NCBI GenBank assembly: GCA_947085095.1
Contig: CAMTVD010000009.1
Span: 32,199 to 96,198 of the forward strand
Direction: 5' to 3'
Length of the DNA: 64,000 nucleotides
Origin: an uncultured Thermus sp.
GTDB lineage: Bacteria; Deinococcota; Deinococci; Deinococcales; Thermaceae
Position numbers and translations under genes: made by a program. Positions 20,960 to 30,473 of this stretch are shown here, one piece after another. Below the pieces are notes generated by a model that worked only from the letters and a program-made list of their open reading frames with translations, was not told where the DNA came from and did not search any database. Position 1 is the first letter of the stretch, and each line of letters starts with the position of its first letter.

Positions 20960-22250
20960 GGGCGGAAAGCCACCCGGAAAAGGCCGCAAGGCCCCTCCGG
21001 TACATGGCCTGGCGCTTCTCCCTCTTCCCCATCCTCCCCTCCACGGGGGGCACCAGGCCCCAGTTGGCGTTCATGGGCTGGAAGTTCTCCGGGTTCGCCG
21101 TGGCCAGGAAGCGGACCAGCCCCCCCAGCATGCTCGCCTCAGGGGGAGCGGTGGGCTCCAGGCCTAAGGCGCGCCGGGCGGCGTTCAGCCCCGCCAAAAA
21201 GCCGGTGGCGGCGCTTTCCAGGTACCCCTCCACCCCCGCCAGGACCCCGGCGGCGAAGAGACCCTCCGCCTCCCGGAACTCCAGGGTCTCCCTTAGGAGC
21301 CTCGGGGCGTTCAGGTAGGTGTTGCGGTGCATCACCCCGTAGCGGACGATCTCGGCGTTTTCCAGGCCGGGGATCATCTGGATGAGGCGCTTCTGCTCGG
21401 GCCACTTGAGCCCGGTCTGGAAGCCCACCAGGCTCCACATCCGCCCCTCCTTGTCCTCCTGGCGAAGCTGCACCACGGCGAAGGGCTCCTTTCCGGTCCT
21501 GGGGTCCACCAGCCCCACGGGCTTCATGGGGCCGAAGAGGAGGGTCTGGTACCCCCTCCGCCCCAGCTCCTCCACGGGCACGCAGGCCTCAAAGTACTGC
21601 AGGTTCTCCCAGTCGTGGGGGGTGTGCCGCTCCGCCGCCACCAGGGCCTCGTAAAAGCGGCGGTACTCCTCCTCGGTCATGGGGCAGTTGAGGTAGTCGG
21701 CGCTCTGGCCGTAGCGGCCCGCGCGAAAGCACTTCTCCAGGTTGATGCTCTCGTGGAGGACGATGGGGCTGGCGGCGTCGTAGTAGGCGAGGAAGTGGTC
21801 GCCGAAGCGCCGCTTCAGGGCCTCCGCCAGGGCCTCCGCGGTGAGGGGCCCCGTGGCCAGGATGGCGATCCCCTGGGGAATCTCCTTGACCTCCTCCCGC
21901 ACCACCTCCAGGAGGGGATGGGCCAGGAGCCTTTCCGTGATGCGCTGGGAGAACAGCTCCCGGTCCACCGCCAAGGCCCCCCCGGCGGGGACCCGGGCCG
22001 CCTCCGCCGCCTCCATGACCAGGCTCCCCGAAAGGCGCATCTCCGCCTGCAGGAGGCCCTTGGCCTGGGTCTCCCCTTCCCCGCCCAAGGAGTTGGAGCA
22101 GACGATCTCGGCGAGGCGGTCCGTGGCGTGGGCCGGGGTCATGCGCTGGGGACGCATCTCAAAAAGGCGCACGGGCACGCCCATGCGCAAAAGGGTCCAG
22201 GCGGCCTCGCTTCCCGCAAGCCCCCCTCCCACCACGTTCACCCGTTCCAT
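20913..22250 (-). CDS. trmFO: Methylenetetrahydrofolate--tRNA-(uracil-54)-methyltransferase TrmFO
   Basis: [40 protein letters not shown]. Confidence 0.95.
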   Translation of the reverse strand: MERVNVVGGGLAGSEAAWTLLRMGVPVRLFEMRPQRMTPAHATDRLAEIVCSNSLGGEGETQAKGLLQAEMRLSGSLVMEAAEAARVPAGGALAVDRELFSQRITERLLAHPLLEVVREEVKEIPQGIAILATGPLTAEALAEALKRRFGDHFLAYYDAASPIVLHESINLEKCFRAGRYGQSADYLNCPMTEEEYRRFYEALVAAERHTPHDWENLQYFEACVPVEELGRRGYQTLLFGPMKPVGLVDPRTGKEPFAVVQLRQEDKEGRMWSLVGFQTGLKWPEQKRLIQMIPGLENAEIVRYGVMHRNTYLNAPRLLRETLEFREAEGLFAAGVLAGVEGYLESAATGFLAGLNAARRALGLEPTAPPEASMLGGLVRFLATANPENFQPMNANWGLVPPVEGRMGKREKRQAMYRRGLAAFSGWLSALRPPLPGARSFQPAP

Positions 22251-22304
22251 CCTTCAGATGGTAGCACCGGAAGGCCTTTGGGGAAAGTGGCCTATAATGG
22301 CGCC

Positions 22305-23063
22305 GTGAGCCTGGCCAAGCGCATCATCCCCTGCCTGGACGTCCACGGGGGCCGCGTGGTCAAGGGGGTGAACTTCGTGAACCTCAAGGACGCGGGGGAC
22401 CCCGTGGAGGCGGCCCAGGCCTACGACGAAGCCGGGGCCGACGAGCTGGTCTTTTTGGACATCTCCGCCACCCACGAGGAGCGGGCCATCCTCCTGGAGG
22501 TGGTGGCCCAGGTGGCCGAGACGGTCTTCATCCCCCTCACCGTGGGCGGGGGAGTGCGCTCCCTAGAAGACGCAAGGCGGCTCCTCCTGGCGGGAGCGGA
22601 CAAGGTGAGCGTGAACTCGGCGGCGGTGCGGCGCCCCGAGCTCATCGCCGAGCTTGCCCACCACTTCGGCGCCCAGGCGGTGGTCCTGGCCATAGACGCC
22701 AAGTGGCGGGGGGATTTCCCGGAGGTGTACGTGGCGGGGGGGCGGATCCCCACGGGCCTCCACGCCGTGGAGTGGGCGGTGAGGGGAGCGGAGCTTGGGG
22801 CCGGGGAGATCCTCCTCACCAGCATGGACCAAGACGGCACCAAGGAGGGGTACGATCTGAGGCTCACGGCGATGGTGGCCCAGGCGGTGAACGTCCCCGT
22901 CATCGCCAGCGGGGGGGCGGGGAGGATGGAGCACTTCCTAAAGGCCTTCCAGGCGGGGGCCGAGGCCGCCCTGGCCGCCAGCGTCTTCCACTTCGGGGAG
23001 ATCCCCATCCCCGAGCTCAAGGCCTTCTTGGCGGAAAGGGGCCTCCACGTGCGGCTAGACTAG
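22305..23063 (+). CDS. hisF: Imidazole glycerol phosphate synthase cyclase subunit
   Basis: [35 protein letters not shown] start 6 nt after TATAAT. Confidence 0.95.
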   Translation: MSLAKRIIPCLDVHGGRVVKGVNFVNLKDAGDPVEAAQAYDEAGADELVFLDISATHEERAILLEVVAQVAETVFIPLTVGGGVRSLEDARRLLLAGADKVSVNSAAVRRPELIAELAHHFGAQAVVLAIDAKWRGDFPEVYVAGGRIPTGLHAVEWAVRGAELGAGEILLTSMDQDGTKEGYDLRLTAMVAQAVNVPVIASGGAGRMEHFLKAFQAGAEAALAASVFHFGEIPIPELKAFLAERGLHVRLD

Positions 23064-23067
23064 GGGC

Positions 23068-23691
23068 ATGAATCTGGAGGCGGTGCGCTTTGACGAAGGG
23101 GGCCTGGTCCCGGTGGTGGTCCAGGACGCCCGCACGGGGGAGGTCCTGACCCTGGCCTACGCCAACCGGGAGGCCCTGGAGGAGACCCTGAGGAGTGGGC
23201 GGAGCGTCTTCTATAGCCGAAGCCGCCAGGCCCTCTGGCGCAAGGGGGAGACCTCCGGAAACGTCCAGGAGGTGGTGGAGGTCCTCCTGGACTGCGATGG
23301 GGACGCCGTGGTCTACCGGGTCCTCCCAAAGGGCCCCGCCTGCCACACGGGGGAGAGGACCTGCTTCCACCGCCCCCTCCTAGAGGGTAGGAAGGACCTG
23401 GGCTTCGTGGTGGGCCAGGTCTACGCCACCATCGGGGAGAGGCTCAAGACCCTTCCTGAGCACAGCTACGTGGCCCGCCTGCACCGGGCGGGCCTGGACC
23501 GCATCCTGAAAAAGATCGGGGAGGAGGCGGGGGAGGTCATCCTCGCCGCCAAAAACGGGGATCCCAAGGAGGTCCGCCACGAGGCCGCCGACCTCCTCTT
23601 CCACCTCCTCCTGGTCCTGGCGGAGCTGGGCCTCACCCCTGAGGACCTGGCCGAGACCCTCTGGGCGCGGCACCGGCCCGAGGAAGGCTAA
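23068..23691 (+). CDS. hisIE: Bifunctional phosphoribosyl-AMP cyclohydrolase / phosphoribosyl-ATP diphosphatase
   Basis: [35 protein letters not shown]. Confidence 0.95.
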   Translation: MNLEAVRFDEGGLVPVVVQDARTGEVLTLAYANREALEETLRSGRSVFYSRSRQALWRKGETSGNVQEVVEVLLDCDGDAVVYRVLPKGPACHTGERTCFHRPLLEGRKDLGFVVGQVYATIGERLKTLPEHSYVARLHRAGLDRILKKIGEEAGEVILAAKNGDPKEVRHEAADLLFHLLLVLAELGLTPEDLAETLWARHRPEEG

Positions 23692-23749
23692 GGGGTTCTC
23701 ATCCTTCAAAGAATCCGCTCTCCCAACCACACCTAGGCCAGGAGGCAAA

Positions 23750-23775
23750 GGGGCCTAGGGCCCGCCCTAGGCCCC
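23750..23775. terminator. Inverted repeat between convergent genes
   Basis: GGGGCCTAGGGC..GCCCTAGGCCCC. Confidence 0.6.
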
Positions 23776-23791
23776 CGAATCCTCCCTCCGT

Positions 23792-25084
23792 TTAGCGGAT
23801 CGCCTGCCCTACCCCTGGGGCCAGGCGCAGGGACGTGGGGAGCTTGATCCAGATGAACTCGTTGGCGTCCTTAACATCCGGACCCCTGCCCCCCGTGGCG
23901 GGGTAGTTGTTGTCGTTGGTGACCAGCAGGGTGCTGGGGTCCAGGACCAGGACCGCCTCAATGGTGAGGTAAGGGAAGCGGAAGACACCGCCCCGGGTGC
24001 TGGGGGCAAGCCCTCGAGGATCGGCGATGTTGAGCAGATCGGCCACCAGCTCCTTGGCGAAGACCCCGTTGGCGTCCTTGCGCGTGAGGTCAATCTTGTA
24101 GATGCGCTTGAAGCGGGCCTCATCCCCTTGCCGGCCATCCCTTTCGATGACCAGGAGTTCCCGCTCGTTCACCACCGCCAGCTCCCCGATGGCGTGGGCG
24201 GGGTCATCCATGGGGTAGCGGCCCAAGAGGCCCAGCCAGCGCTTGGCGATGGGGTCAAACTCCATAAGGCGGAGGGTCCCCGGCGGGTCTCCGGCCACCG
24301 TTCCCTCCAGCATGGCGTAGATGCGGGTGCGCTCGGGGTTGGTGGTCATCCCCTCAAAGCCCCGGGAGGTGGCCAGGTTGGCGGGCCAGGGCTGCCCGGG
24401 GCCCACGGGGTTGAGGAGGAGGGCCGGATTCTGGGGAGCCCGTACCTGGTCCTTGGCGGGGTCCTTGCCGGGCCCGTAGTCCGGGGTGGGGAAGGGGGGG
24501 TCCAAGAGAACCCCGTTCGGGTCAAAGTGAAGGAGGAAGGGCCCGAACTCGTCCCCGATCCAGAGGGTCCCATCGGCGGCGAAGACGAACGACTCGGGGT
24601 CAAAGTCGTACCCCGTGAGGAGGCGGCCCGTGGTGTTCTCGTTGAGGATGGGGAAGGGGACGAAGCGGTTGGGGTCTCGGAGCTGGAGGTAGCGCACCAC
24701 TTGGACGTCCCCGGGGCCCCCTTGGGGGGTACGGGGCCGAGGCTGGACTAGGTAGAGCCTCAGGAGGTAGTCCGGGCTATTCGCCTTGGACCCAAAGCCG
24801 TTGTCGGCGAGGACCCAGTAACTCCCGAGCCTGGGGCCGAACTGGATGGCGCTAAACCCCTGGACGGGCTGGCTACCGTAGGGGGCGGGGAGGGTGCGGA
24901 ACCCAGGGGTGGCCCGGTAGGCCCCGCTCGGGGGGCCCTCGGCGAAGGTGTCCGCGGGCAGTACCGCAAAGCCCACCAGCTCTACCCCGGGGGCCTGGGG
25001 GGCCTGGGAGAGGGCGGAGAGGATACTCCCCGCAACCAGGACCAGCGAGGCTACGGCCAAAAGGGGCAGAATGCGCTTCCTCAT
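23792..25084 (-). CDS. Secreted esterase-like activity of phytase family protein
   Basis: Signal peptide, LPADTF, QPVQGFS, DNGFG, FDPES, GDEFGP, SRGFEG, NDNNYP; ATG at 25084 follows AGGAGG. Confidence 0.85.
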   Translation of the reverse strand: MRKRILPLLAVASLVLVAGSILSALSQAPQAPGVELVGFAVLPADTFAEGPPSGAYRATPGFRTLPAPYGSQPVQGFSAIQFGPRLGSYWVLADNGFGSKANSPDYLLRLYLVQPRPRTPQGGPGDVQVVRYLQLRDPNRFVPFPILNENTTGRLLTGYDFDPESFVFAADGTLWIGDEFGPFLLHFDPNGVLLDPPFPTPDYGPGKDPAKDQVRAPQNPALLLNPVGPGQPWPANLATSRGFEGMTTNPERTRIYAMLEGTVAGDPPGTLRLMEFDPIAKRWLGLLGRYPMDDPAHAIGELAVVNERELLVIERDGRQGDEARFKRIYKIDLTRKDANGVFAKELVADLLNIADPRGLAPSTRGGVFRFPYLTIEAVLVLDPSTLLVTNDNNYPATGGRGPDVKDANEFIWIKLPTSLRLAPGVGQAIR

Positions 25085-25125
25085 ACTCAACCTCCTCGTG
25101 GAGGGGTTTTCCCCTCCCACCGCCA

Positions 25126-25157
25126 AGGCTAGCCCAGGCATGTCAGGGGAGGTTCAA
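25126..25157 (-). promoter_or_regulatory. Putative Pho-box-like activator site plus -10 (TTGAAC-N5-CTGACA-N9-TAGCCT)
   Basis: Same layout as the element upstream of the alkaline phosphatase gene. Confidence 0.6.
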
Positions 25158-25183
25158 GCCGTTAGGGGGGTAGAGCCATAGAG

Positions 25184-25210
25184 AAAAGGGTGCCCCGCCA
25201 GGGGGCACCC
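25184..25210 (-). terminator. Intrinsic terminator of the alkaline phosphatase gene
   Basis: GGGTGCCCC-loop-GGGGCACCC followed by TTTT on the minus strand. Confidence 0.7.
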
Positions 25211-25224
25211 CTCTCCTTCCCAGC

Positions 25225-26922
25225 TCAGCGCGTGGGCGCCAGGGTGGTGGGGTAGTCCAGGAGGCGGCCGAAGAGGGTGGCGTGCATGAGGCGGTAAACG
25301 TCTATGTTGTCAAATCGGCTGTAGAACAGGCTGTTGAGCGTGCTGGCGTTCAGGCCCGCGGCCCGGCTCAGGATGCCCCCGTGGAAGTCAGGGGAGCCCG
25401 CCCAGGCGACCCCGAACTGCATCCGCTTGCCGAAGGCGTCGGGGGCCGAGAGGAAGAGGGGGGTACCCCGGCCTTCCACCCCGTCCACCGGGGCGCTCAC
25501 GCTGGCGGCGCCGGCCGCGGGGTTCACGCCCACGCTACCCGCCTTGTCCGTCTCTTGGCCTGCGGGCACCACGGTGGTGGGGGGGGTGACCCCGGAGCGG
25601 TTGGGGGCCACCACCTGGAAGCCCCCGGCGTCGCTGTCCGCCGCGGTGAGGATCAGGGTGTTGGGGTTGCGGGCCAGGTAGGCCAGGGCAGTGCCTATGG
25701 CGTCGTCGGTGTCCTTGAGGGCGTGGAGCACGCCCACAGCGTTGTCGTTGTTGCCGAAGTTGTCCACCGCCTCCTGCTCCGCCACCAGGAAGAAGCGCCG
25801 GTTCTCGGGGCGGGGCTGCTGGCGGGCGGCCCGGTCCAGGATGGTGATGGCCACCTCCACCATCTCCGCGAAGGTGGGAGGGTTGTAGCCGGGCTGGGCG
25901 GGGTCGTAGTCCCCCCAGAGGACGATGCGGCTCTGGTTGTTGGGGCCCACCTGGCCGGGCTGGAGGCCGGGGCGCACGAAGCCCCGCTGGATCAGGTCCT
26001 CCTCGTTGCGGTCGTTGAAGAGGTCCTGGTAGGCGAAGATGCCCAGGACCCGGGGGGCGTAGTTGGGGTTCTGGCGCAGGGCCTGGCGCAGGCGCTCAAA
26101 CTCCGCCCGGGTCTTGACCACGATCCAGTCGTCCCCCTGCAGGGGGTCGTTGCTGGGGTTGCCGCTTCCCTGGCGGTTCCAGTAGTCCTCCAGGTCCAGG
26201 TCGTCGGCCCGCAGGCTGGTGCGGCTGTTGACGGGCTGGCCCCGCTCCTGGTTGACGTTGCGGTGGAGGAGGGTGGCCACCTTGGGCCGGGTGTCCGCCT
26301 CCCCGCCCCCCATGACCACCCAGGGGGCGGTGTCCTTCATGCCGGGGCGGCCCATGATGATCTGCCGGGTGATCTCCTGCCAGTTGTCCCGGTTGCCCAC
26401 CTCGGCCAGGAAGGCCCCCGTGCCCGGCTCGGCGATGTGTCCGTCGTTCACGATGCCCACGGGGATGCCCGCGTTGGCCGCCTCCCGCATGATGGAGCCC
26501 GGGTAGCCAGAGAGGGAGCGGATGGCGCGATCGGTGGGCGGGTTCAGGTTGCCGTCCCCGTCCTTGCCGAAGGAGCCCAGCCCGTCCACCTTGTAGCCGA
26601 AGGCGTGGGTGGTGGCCCCGCCGTTGGAGGTCCCCGTCAGGATGTTGTTCATGTGCCCACGGTAGACGGCCATGTAGCGGAGCCGGTCCCAGTTGAGGAG
26701 GCCGTCGGGCCCTTTGAAGTAGAGCCGGGCCGCCGCCCAGTGGTTCAGGCCGCTCCCGTCGGGGTGGAAGAAGATCACGTTGCCCGTGGGAAAGACGCGC
26801 GTAGAGGGAACCCTACCCGGGTCGGTCGCGTCCATCCTGGCGCTTCCCAGGCCCAGGATGGCTAGGAAAAGGGCCGCGGCCCCCATCGCAAGACCTGCCT
26901 TGGCCAAGCCCAAACGTTTCAT
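25225..26922 (-). CDS. Secreted alkaline phosphatase-family protein (atypical ligand set)
   Basis: [49 protein letters not shown]. Confidence 0.85.
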   Translation of the reverse strand: MKRLGLAKAGLAMGAAALFLAILGLGSARMDATDPGRVPSTRVFPTGNVIFFHPDGSGLNHWAAARLYFKGPDGLLNWDRLRYMAVYRGHMNNILTGTSNGGATTHAFGYKVDGLGSFGKDGDGNLNPPTDRAIRSLSGYPGSIMREAANAGIPVGIVNDGHIAEPGTGAFLAEVGNRDNWQEITRQIIMGRPGMKDTAPWVVMGGGEADTRPKVATLLHRNVNQERGQPVNSRTSLRADDLDLEDYWNRQGSGNPSNDPLQGDDWIVVKTRAEFERLRQALRQNPNYAPRVLGIFAYQDLFNDRNEEDLIQRGFVRPGLQPGQVGPNNQSRIVLWGDYDPAQPGYNPPTFAEMVEVAITILDRAARQQPRPENRRFFLVAEQEAVDNFGNNDNAVGVLHALKDTDDAIGTALAYLARNPNTLILTAADSDAGGFQVVAPNRSGVTPPTTVVPAGQETDKAGSVGVNPAAGAASVSAPVDGVEGRGTPLFLSAPDAFGKRMQFGVAWAGSPDFHGGILSRAAGLNASTLNSLFYSRFDNIDVYRLMHATLFGRLLDYPTTLAPTR

Positions 26923-26942
26923 CCCTCATCACCTCCGCCCGC

Positions 26943-26974
26943 AGGCTAAGGGGGAAACGTCAGAGAAGCGTCAA
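26943..26974 (-). promoter_or_regulatory. Putative Pho-box-like activator site plus -10 (TTGACG-N5-CTGACG-N9-TAGCCT)
   Basis: 11-bp direct repeat 9 nt upstream of TAGCCT; GGAGG SD-like sequence downstream. Confidence 0.6.
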
Positions 26975-27043
26975 GAGAAGGGCTGGCAAACGCAGCAAGG
27001 ATCTCCTGGCCCCCGCCGCCCCCGGTCTCGGTATAGTGGAAGC

Positions 27044-28012
27044 ATGGAAATTGAGCGCCGCTTGGTCCTGGAGGTGGTGCGGGTCACGGAGCAGGCCGCC
27101 CTGGCGGCGAGCCGCCTGGCGGGCAAGGGGGACAAGGAGGCCGTGGACGAGGCGGGCACCGAGGCCATGCGCCGGGTGCTCAAGGGGCTTCCCATAAGGG
27201 GCACCGTGGTCATCGGCGAGGGGGAGATGGACGAGGCCCCCATGCTCTATATCGGGGAGGTGCTGGGCCAGGGAGGCCTCGAGGTGGACATCGCCGTGGA
27301 CCCGGTGGAGGGGACCACCACCGCCGCCAAGGGCCTGCCCAACGCCGTCACCGTGATCGCCATCAGCGAGAAGGGGGGGCTCTTCCACGCCCCGGACATG
27401 TACATGGAAAAGCTCATCGTCCCCCCACCCGCCGCCGGGCTGGTGGACCTCACCTGGCCGGTCTCCGCCAACCTCAAGGCCCTGGCCCTGGCCCTGCAGC
27501 GGGCGGTGGAGGACCTGGTGATCGTGGTCCTGGACCGCCCCCGGCACGAGAGGCTCATCCGGGAGATCCGGGAGGCGGGGGCCCGGGTCAAGCTCATCTC
27601 TGACGGGGACGTGATCGCCGCCCTGGCCGCCGCCATCCGGGGCACGGGGGTCCACGCGGTCATGGGCATCGGCGGGGCCCCGGAAGGGGTTTTGGCGGCG
27701 GCGGCCCTCAAGTGCCTGGGGGGGGAGATCCAGGCCCGCTTCACCCCGCAAAACGAGGAGGAAAGGGCGCGGCTTCGGGCCATGGGCGGGGATGAGAACC
27801 GCATCTACCGCACCGAGGACCTGGCCCCGGGGAAGGAGATCGTCTTCGCCGCCACCGGGATCACCGACGGGGACATCCTCCAGGGGGTGCGCTTCTTCGG
27901 CGGAGGGGCCCGGACCCACTCCATCGTCATGGGCCACGCCACCCGCACCGTGCGCTTTATAGACTCCATTCACCTTTTTGAAACGGGCGCCCGGGTCACC
28001 ATCCGGGTATAG
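27044..28012 (+). CDS. glpX: Class II fructose-1,6-bisphosphatase
   Basis: [40 protein letters not shown]; leaderless-type start after TATAGT. Confidence 0.95.
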   Translation: MEIERRLVLEVVRVTEQAALAASRLAGKGDKEAVDEAGTEAMRRVLKGLPIRGTVVIGEGEMDEAPMLYIGEVLGQGGLEVDIAVDPVEGTTTAAKGLPNAVTVIAISEKGGLFHAPDMYMEKLIVPPPAAGLVDLTWPVSANLKALALALQRAVEDLVIVVLDRPRHERLIREIREAGARVKLISDGDVIAALAAAIRGTGVHAVMGIGGAPEGVLAAAALKCLGGEIQARFTPQNEEERARLRAMGGDENRIYRTEDLAPGKEIVFAATGITDGDILQGVRFFGGGARTHSIVMGHATRTVRFIDSIHLFETGARVTIRV

Positions 28013-28019
28013 TAAGGGC

Positions 28020-29780
28020 GTGCCCCGGCGCACCTACCTCGAGGCCGAGGGGGAAAGGCTGGCCCTGGACTTCCTGGGGGACGAGCTCAGGGCCTCCGTC
28101 TTCCTCAAGCGTTACGCCCTGAGGGATGAGGAGGGAAGGCTTTTAGAGGCCACCCCGGAGGAAACGTGGCAGAGGCTCGCCCGCCAGGTGGCCCGGGTGG
28201 AGAAGGGGGCCCTTAGGGAGATCCTCTGGCTCCTCTCCGAGTTCCGCTTCGTCCCCGGGGGGCGGATCCTCTTCGGCCTCGGCAACTGGCGGAGGAGCAC
28301 CCTCTTCAACTGCTACTTCCTCCCCATCCGGGAGGACTCGGTAAGGGGCATCGCCCGCTTCCTGGAGGAGGCCATGCGCACCTTCGCCTTTGGGGGCGGG
28401 GTGGGCACCAACGCCGACGTCCTCAGGCCCAAGGGGGCCAGGGTGGGGAACGCCGGGGTGGAGAGCTCGGGGGCAGTGAGCTTCATGGAGCTCTTCTCCA
28501 CCCTGGCGGGGGTCATGGGGAGTAGCGGGGGGAGGCGGGGGGCCCTGATGCTCACCTTCTCCGACACCCACCCCGAGCTTTTGGACTTCCTCCGGGCCAA
28601 GACCGACCCCGCCCGGAGCAAAGTCCGCCACGCCAACATCTCCCTAAGGGCCACGAATGCCTTCCTGGAGGCGGCCCTGGCCGACGAGCCCTGGGAGCTC
28701 CGCTTCACCACCCCCAGGGAGGAGATCCGGACCACCCTCCGGGCCAAGGAGGCCTGGGAGGCGTTGGTGGAGGCCGCCTGGGCGAGCGCCGAGCCCGGCC
28801 TCCTTTTCTGGGACCGCATCCGCACCTGGACCACCGCCCAGTACGGGGGGATGGAGGTGGTGGGGGTGAACGTCTGCGGGGAGGTGCCCATGGAGCCCTA
28901 CGGGGCCTGCAACCTGGGAAGCCTGAACCTCTCCGCCTTCGTCCGGGCCCCCTTCAGCCAGGAGGCCCGGCTGGACTGGGCCGCCCTCGAGGAGGCCACC
29001 CGCCTGGCGGTGCGCTTTTTGGACGCCACCCTTGACCTGGGGAAAAACCGCCACCCCCTTAGGGCCCAGCGGGAGGCCTCCCTGAGAAGCCGCCGCATCG
29101 GCCTTGGGGTCATGGGCCTGGCGGACATGCTGGCCATGCTGGGCCTCCCCTACGGCTCCGAGGCCTCCATCCGCTTCGCCGAGGAGGCCATGCGGCGCAT
29201 CAAGGAGGCCGCCTACCGGGAAAGCGCCCGCCTGGCCCGAACCCGGGGCCCCTTCCCCGCCTTTGATCCCAGGCGGCACCTGGAAAGCCCCTTCATCCAG
29301 GCCCTGCCGGAGGACCTGATCCGGGAGGTGGAAAAGGGCCTCCGGAACGCCGCCCTCCTCTCCATCGCCCCCACGGGCTCCATCTCCATCCTGGCGGGGG
29401 TCACGAGCGGGATTGAGCCCATCTTCGCCCTCACCTACCTGCGCCACGCAGGGGGAAGCGTCTTCCTGGCGGAACACCCCCTCCTCCGGCGCTACCGGGA
29501 GGCCACCAAGGGGGGCCTCCCCGACTGGCCCACCGCCCATCAGGTGGACCCCTTCCAGCGGGTCCGCCTCCAGGCCGCCCTCCAGCGCCACGTGGACCAG
29601 AGCATCTCCTCCACGGTGAACCTGCCCCGGGACACCCCCAAGGAGGTGGTGGAGCGGCTTTTCCTCGAGGCCTGGCGGGAGGGGTGCAAGGGCCTCACCG
29701 TCTTCCGGGAGGGAAGCCGGGAGGAGGTCATTGAGCCCCTGCCCCCCGTGGGGGTCTGCACCTTCTGCCAGACGGCGTGA
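28020..29780 (+). CDS. nrdJ: Adenosylcobalamin-dependent (class II) ribonucleotide reductase
   Basis: FVPGGR, LFNCY, RRGALM, NVCGE active-site loop, ACNLGS, IAPTGSIS, C-terminal CTFC; no adjacent beta subunit. Confidence 0.88.
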   Translation: MPRRTYLEAEGERLALDFLGDELRASVFLKRYALRDEEGRLLEATPEETWQRLARQVARVEKGALREILWLLSEFRFVPGGRILFGLGNWRRSTLFNCYFLPIREDSVRGIARFLEEAMRTFAFGGGVGTNADVLRPKGARVGNAGVESSGAVSFMELFSTLAGVMGSSGGRRGALMLTFSDTHPELLDFLRAKTDPARSKVRHANISLRATNAFLEAALADEPWELRFTTPREEIRTTLRAKEAWEALVEAAWASAEPGLLFWDRIRTWTTAQYGGMEVVGVNVCGEVPMEPYGACNLGSLNLSAFVRAPFSQEARLDWAALEEATRLAVRFLDATLDLGKNRHPLRAQREASLRSRRIGLGVMGLADMLAMLGLPYGSEASIRFAEEAMRRIKEAAYRESARLARTRGPFPAFDPRRHLESPFIQALPEDLIREVEKGLRNAALLSIAPTGSISILAGVTSGIEPIFALTYLRHAGGSVFLAEHPLLRRYREATKGGLPDWPTAHQVDPFQRVRLQAALQRHVDQSISSTVNLPRDTPKEVVERLFLEAWREGCKGLTVFREGSREEVIEPLPPVGVCTFCQTA

Positions 29781-29798
29781 GCCCACCCCAGAAGAGAG

Positions 29799-30473
29799 AT
29801 GACCCGTTACCGCATCGCCGCCAAGCCCTACCTCCCCTACCCCGGGGAGCGCCTGGCCCGCAGGAAGGGCCTTGGAGGGGAGTTTTACGAGCTCAGGCCC
29901 TATGCGGAAGGGGACGAGGTGCGCCGGGTCCACTGGCGGGCCTACGCCAAGACGGGAAGGCTCTACACCCGCCTGGAGACCGCACCGGAAAGGAGCCGCT
30001 TCCGCCTCTTTCTGGACGAGAGCGAGAGCATGCGCCTCCACGGGAAGCTCCTTTATGCGGAAAGGGTGGCGGCCCTCCTCCTCAGGATCGCCCGGCAGGA
30101 GGACCCCAGGGCCCGCCTGGAGCGGGGCCGACCCCAGGACCTCCGCCTGGGAGGAGGGGTCCTGGTCCTCCTCACCGACGGCCTGGACCCCCTCCCCTGG
30201 CCCAGGCTCCTCCCCAGAAGGGTGGTCCTGGTCCAGGTCCTCTCCCCCCTGGAGCTGGACCCGCCCCTAGAGGAGGCTCTCCTCAAGGACGTGGAATCCG
30301 GGGAGACCCTGCCTGTGGGGAAGGAGGAGGTCTTGGGCTACAAGAGGGCCCTGGCGGAGCACCTAAAAGGCCTACGCCTTCTCGCCCTCCTCCGGGGGCG
30401 GTACGCCCTCCTCAAGGTGGGGGAAGCCCCCCTGCCAAGCCTCCTACGCCAGGGCGTTCTGGAACTCCTCTAG
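29799..30473 (+). CDS. DUF58-domain protein
   Basis: EFYELRPY..GDEVRRVHWRAYAKTG, LDESESM, LTDG. Confidence 0.88.
   Translation: MTRYRIAAKPYLPYPGERLARRKGLGGEFYELRPYAEGDEVRRVHWRAYAKTGRLYTRLETAPERSRFRLFLDESESMRLHGKLLYAERVAALLLRIARQEDPRARLERGRPQDLRLGGGVLVLLTDGLDPLPWPRLLPRRVVLVQVLSPLELDPPLEEALLKDVESGETLPVGKEEVLGYKRALAEHLKGLRLLALLRGRYALLKVGEAPLPSLLRQGVLELL

Noticed and set aside
21327..22304. Long N-terminal extensions in the ORF track (hisF 578 aa, AOR 782 aa, glpX 410 aa, ComB-like 466 aa, cupin 375 aa) suggesting fusions
   Set aside because: The extensions overlap neighbouring real genes. The true starts sit just after -10 elements or SD sequences.
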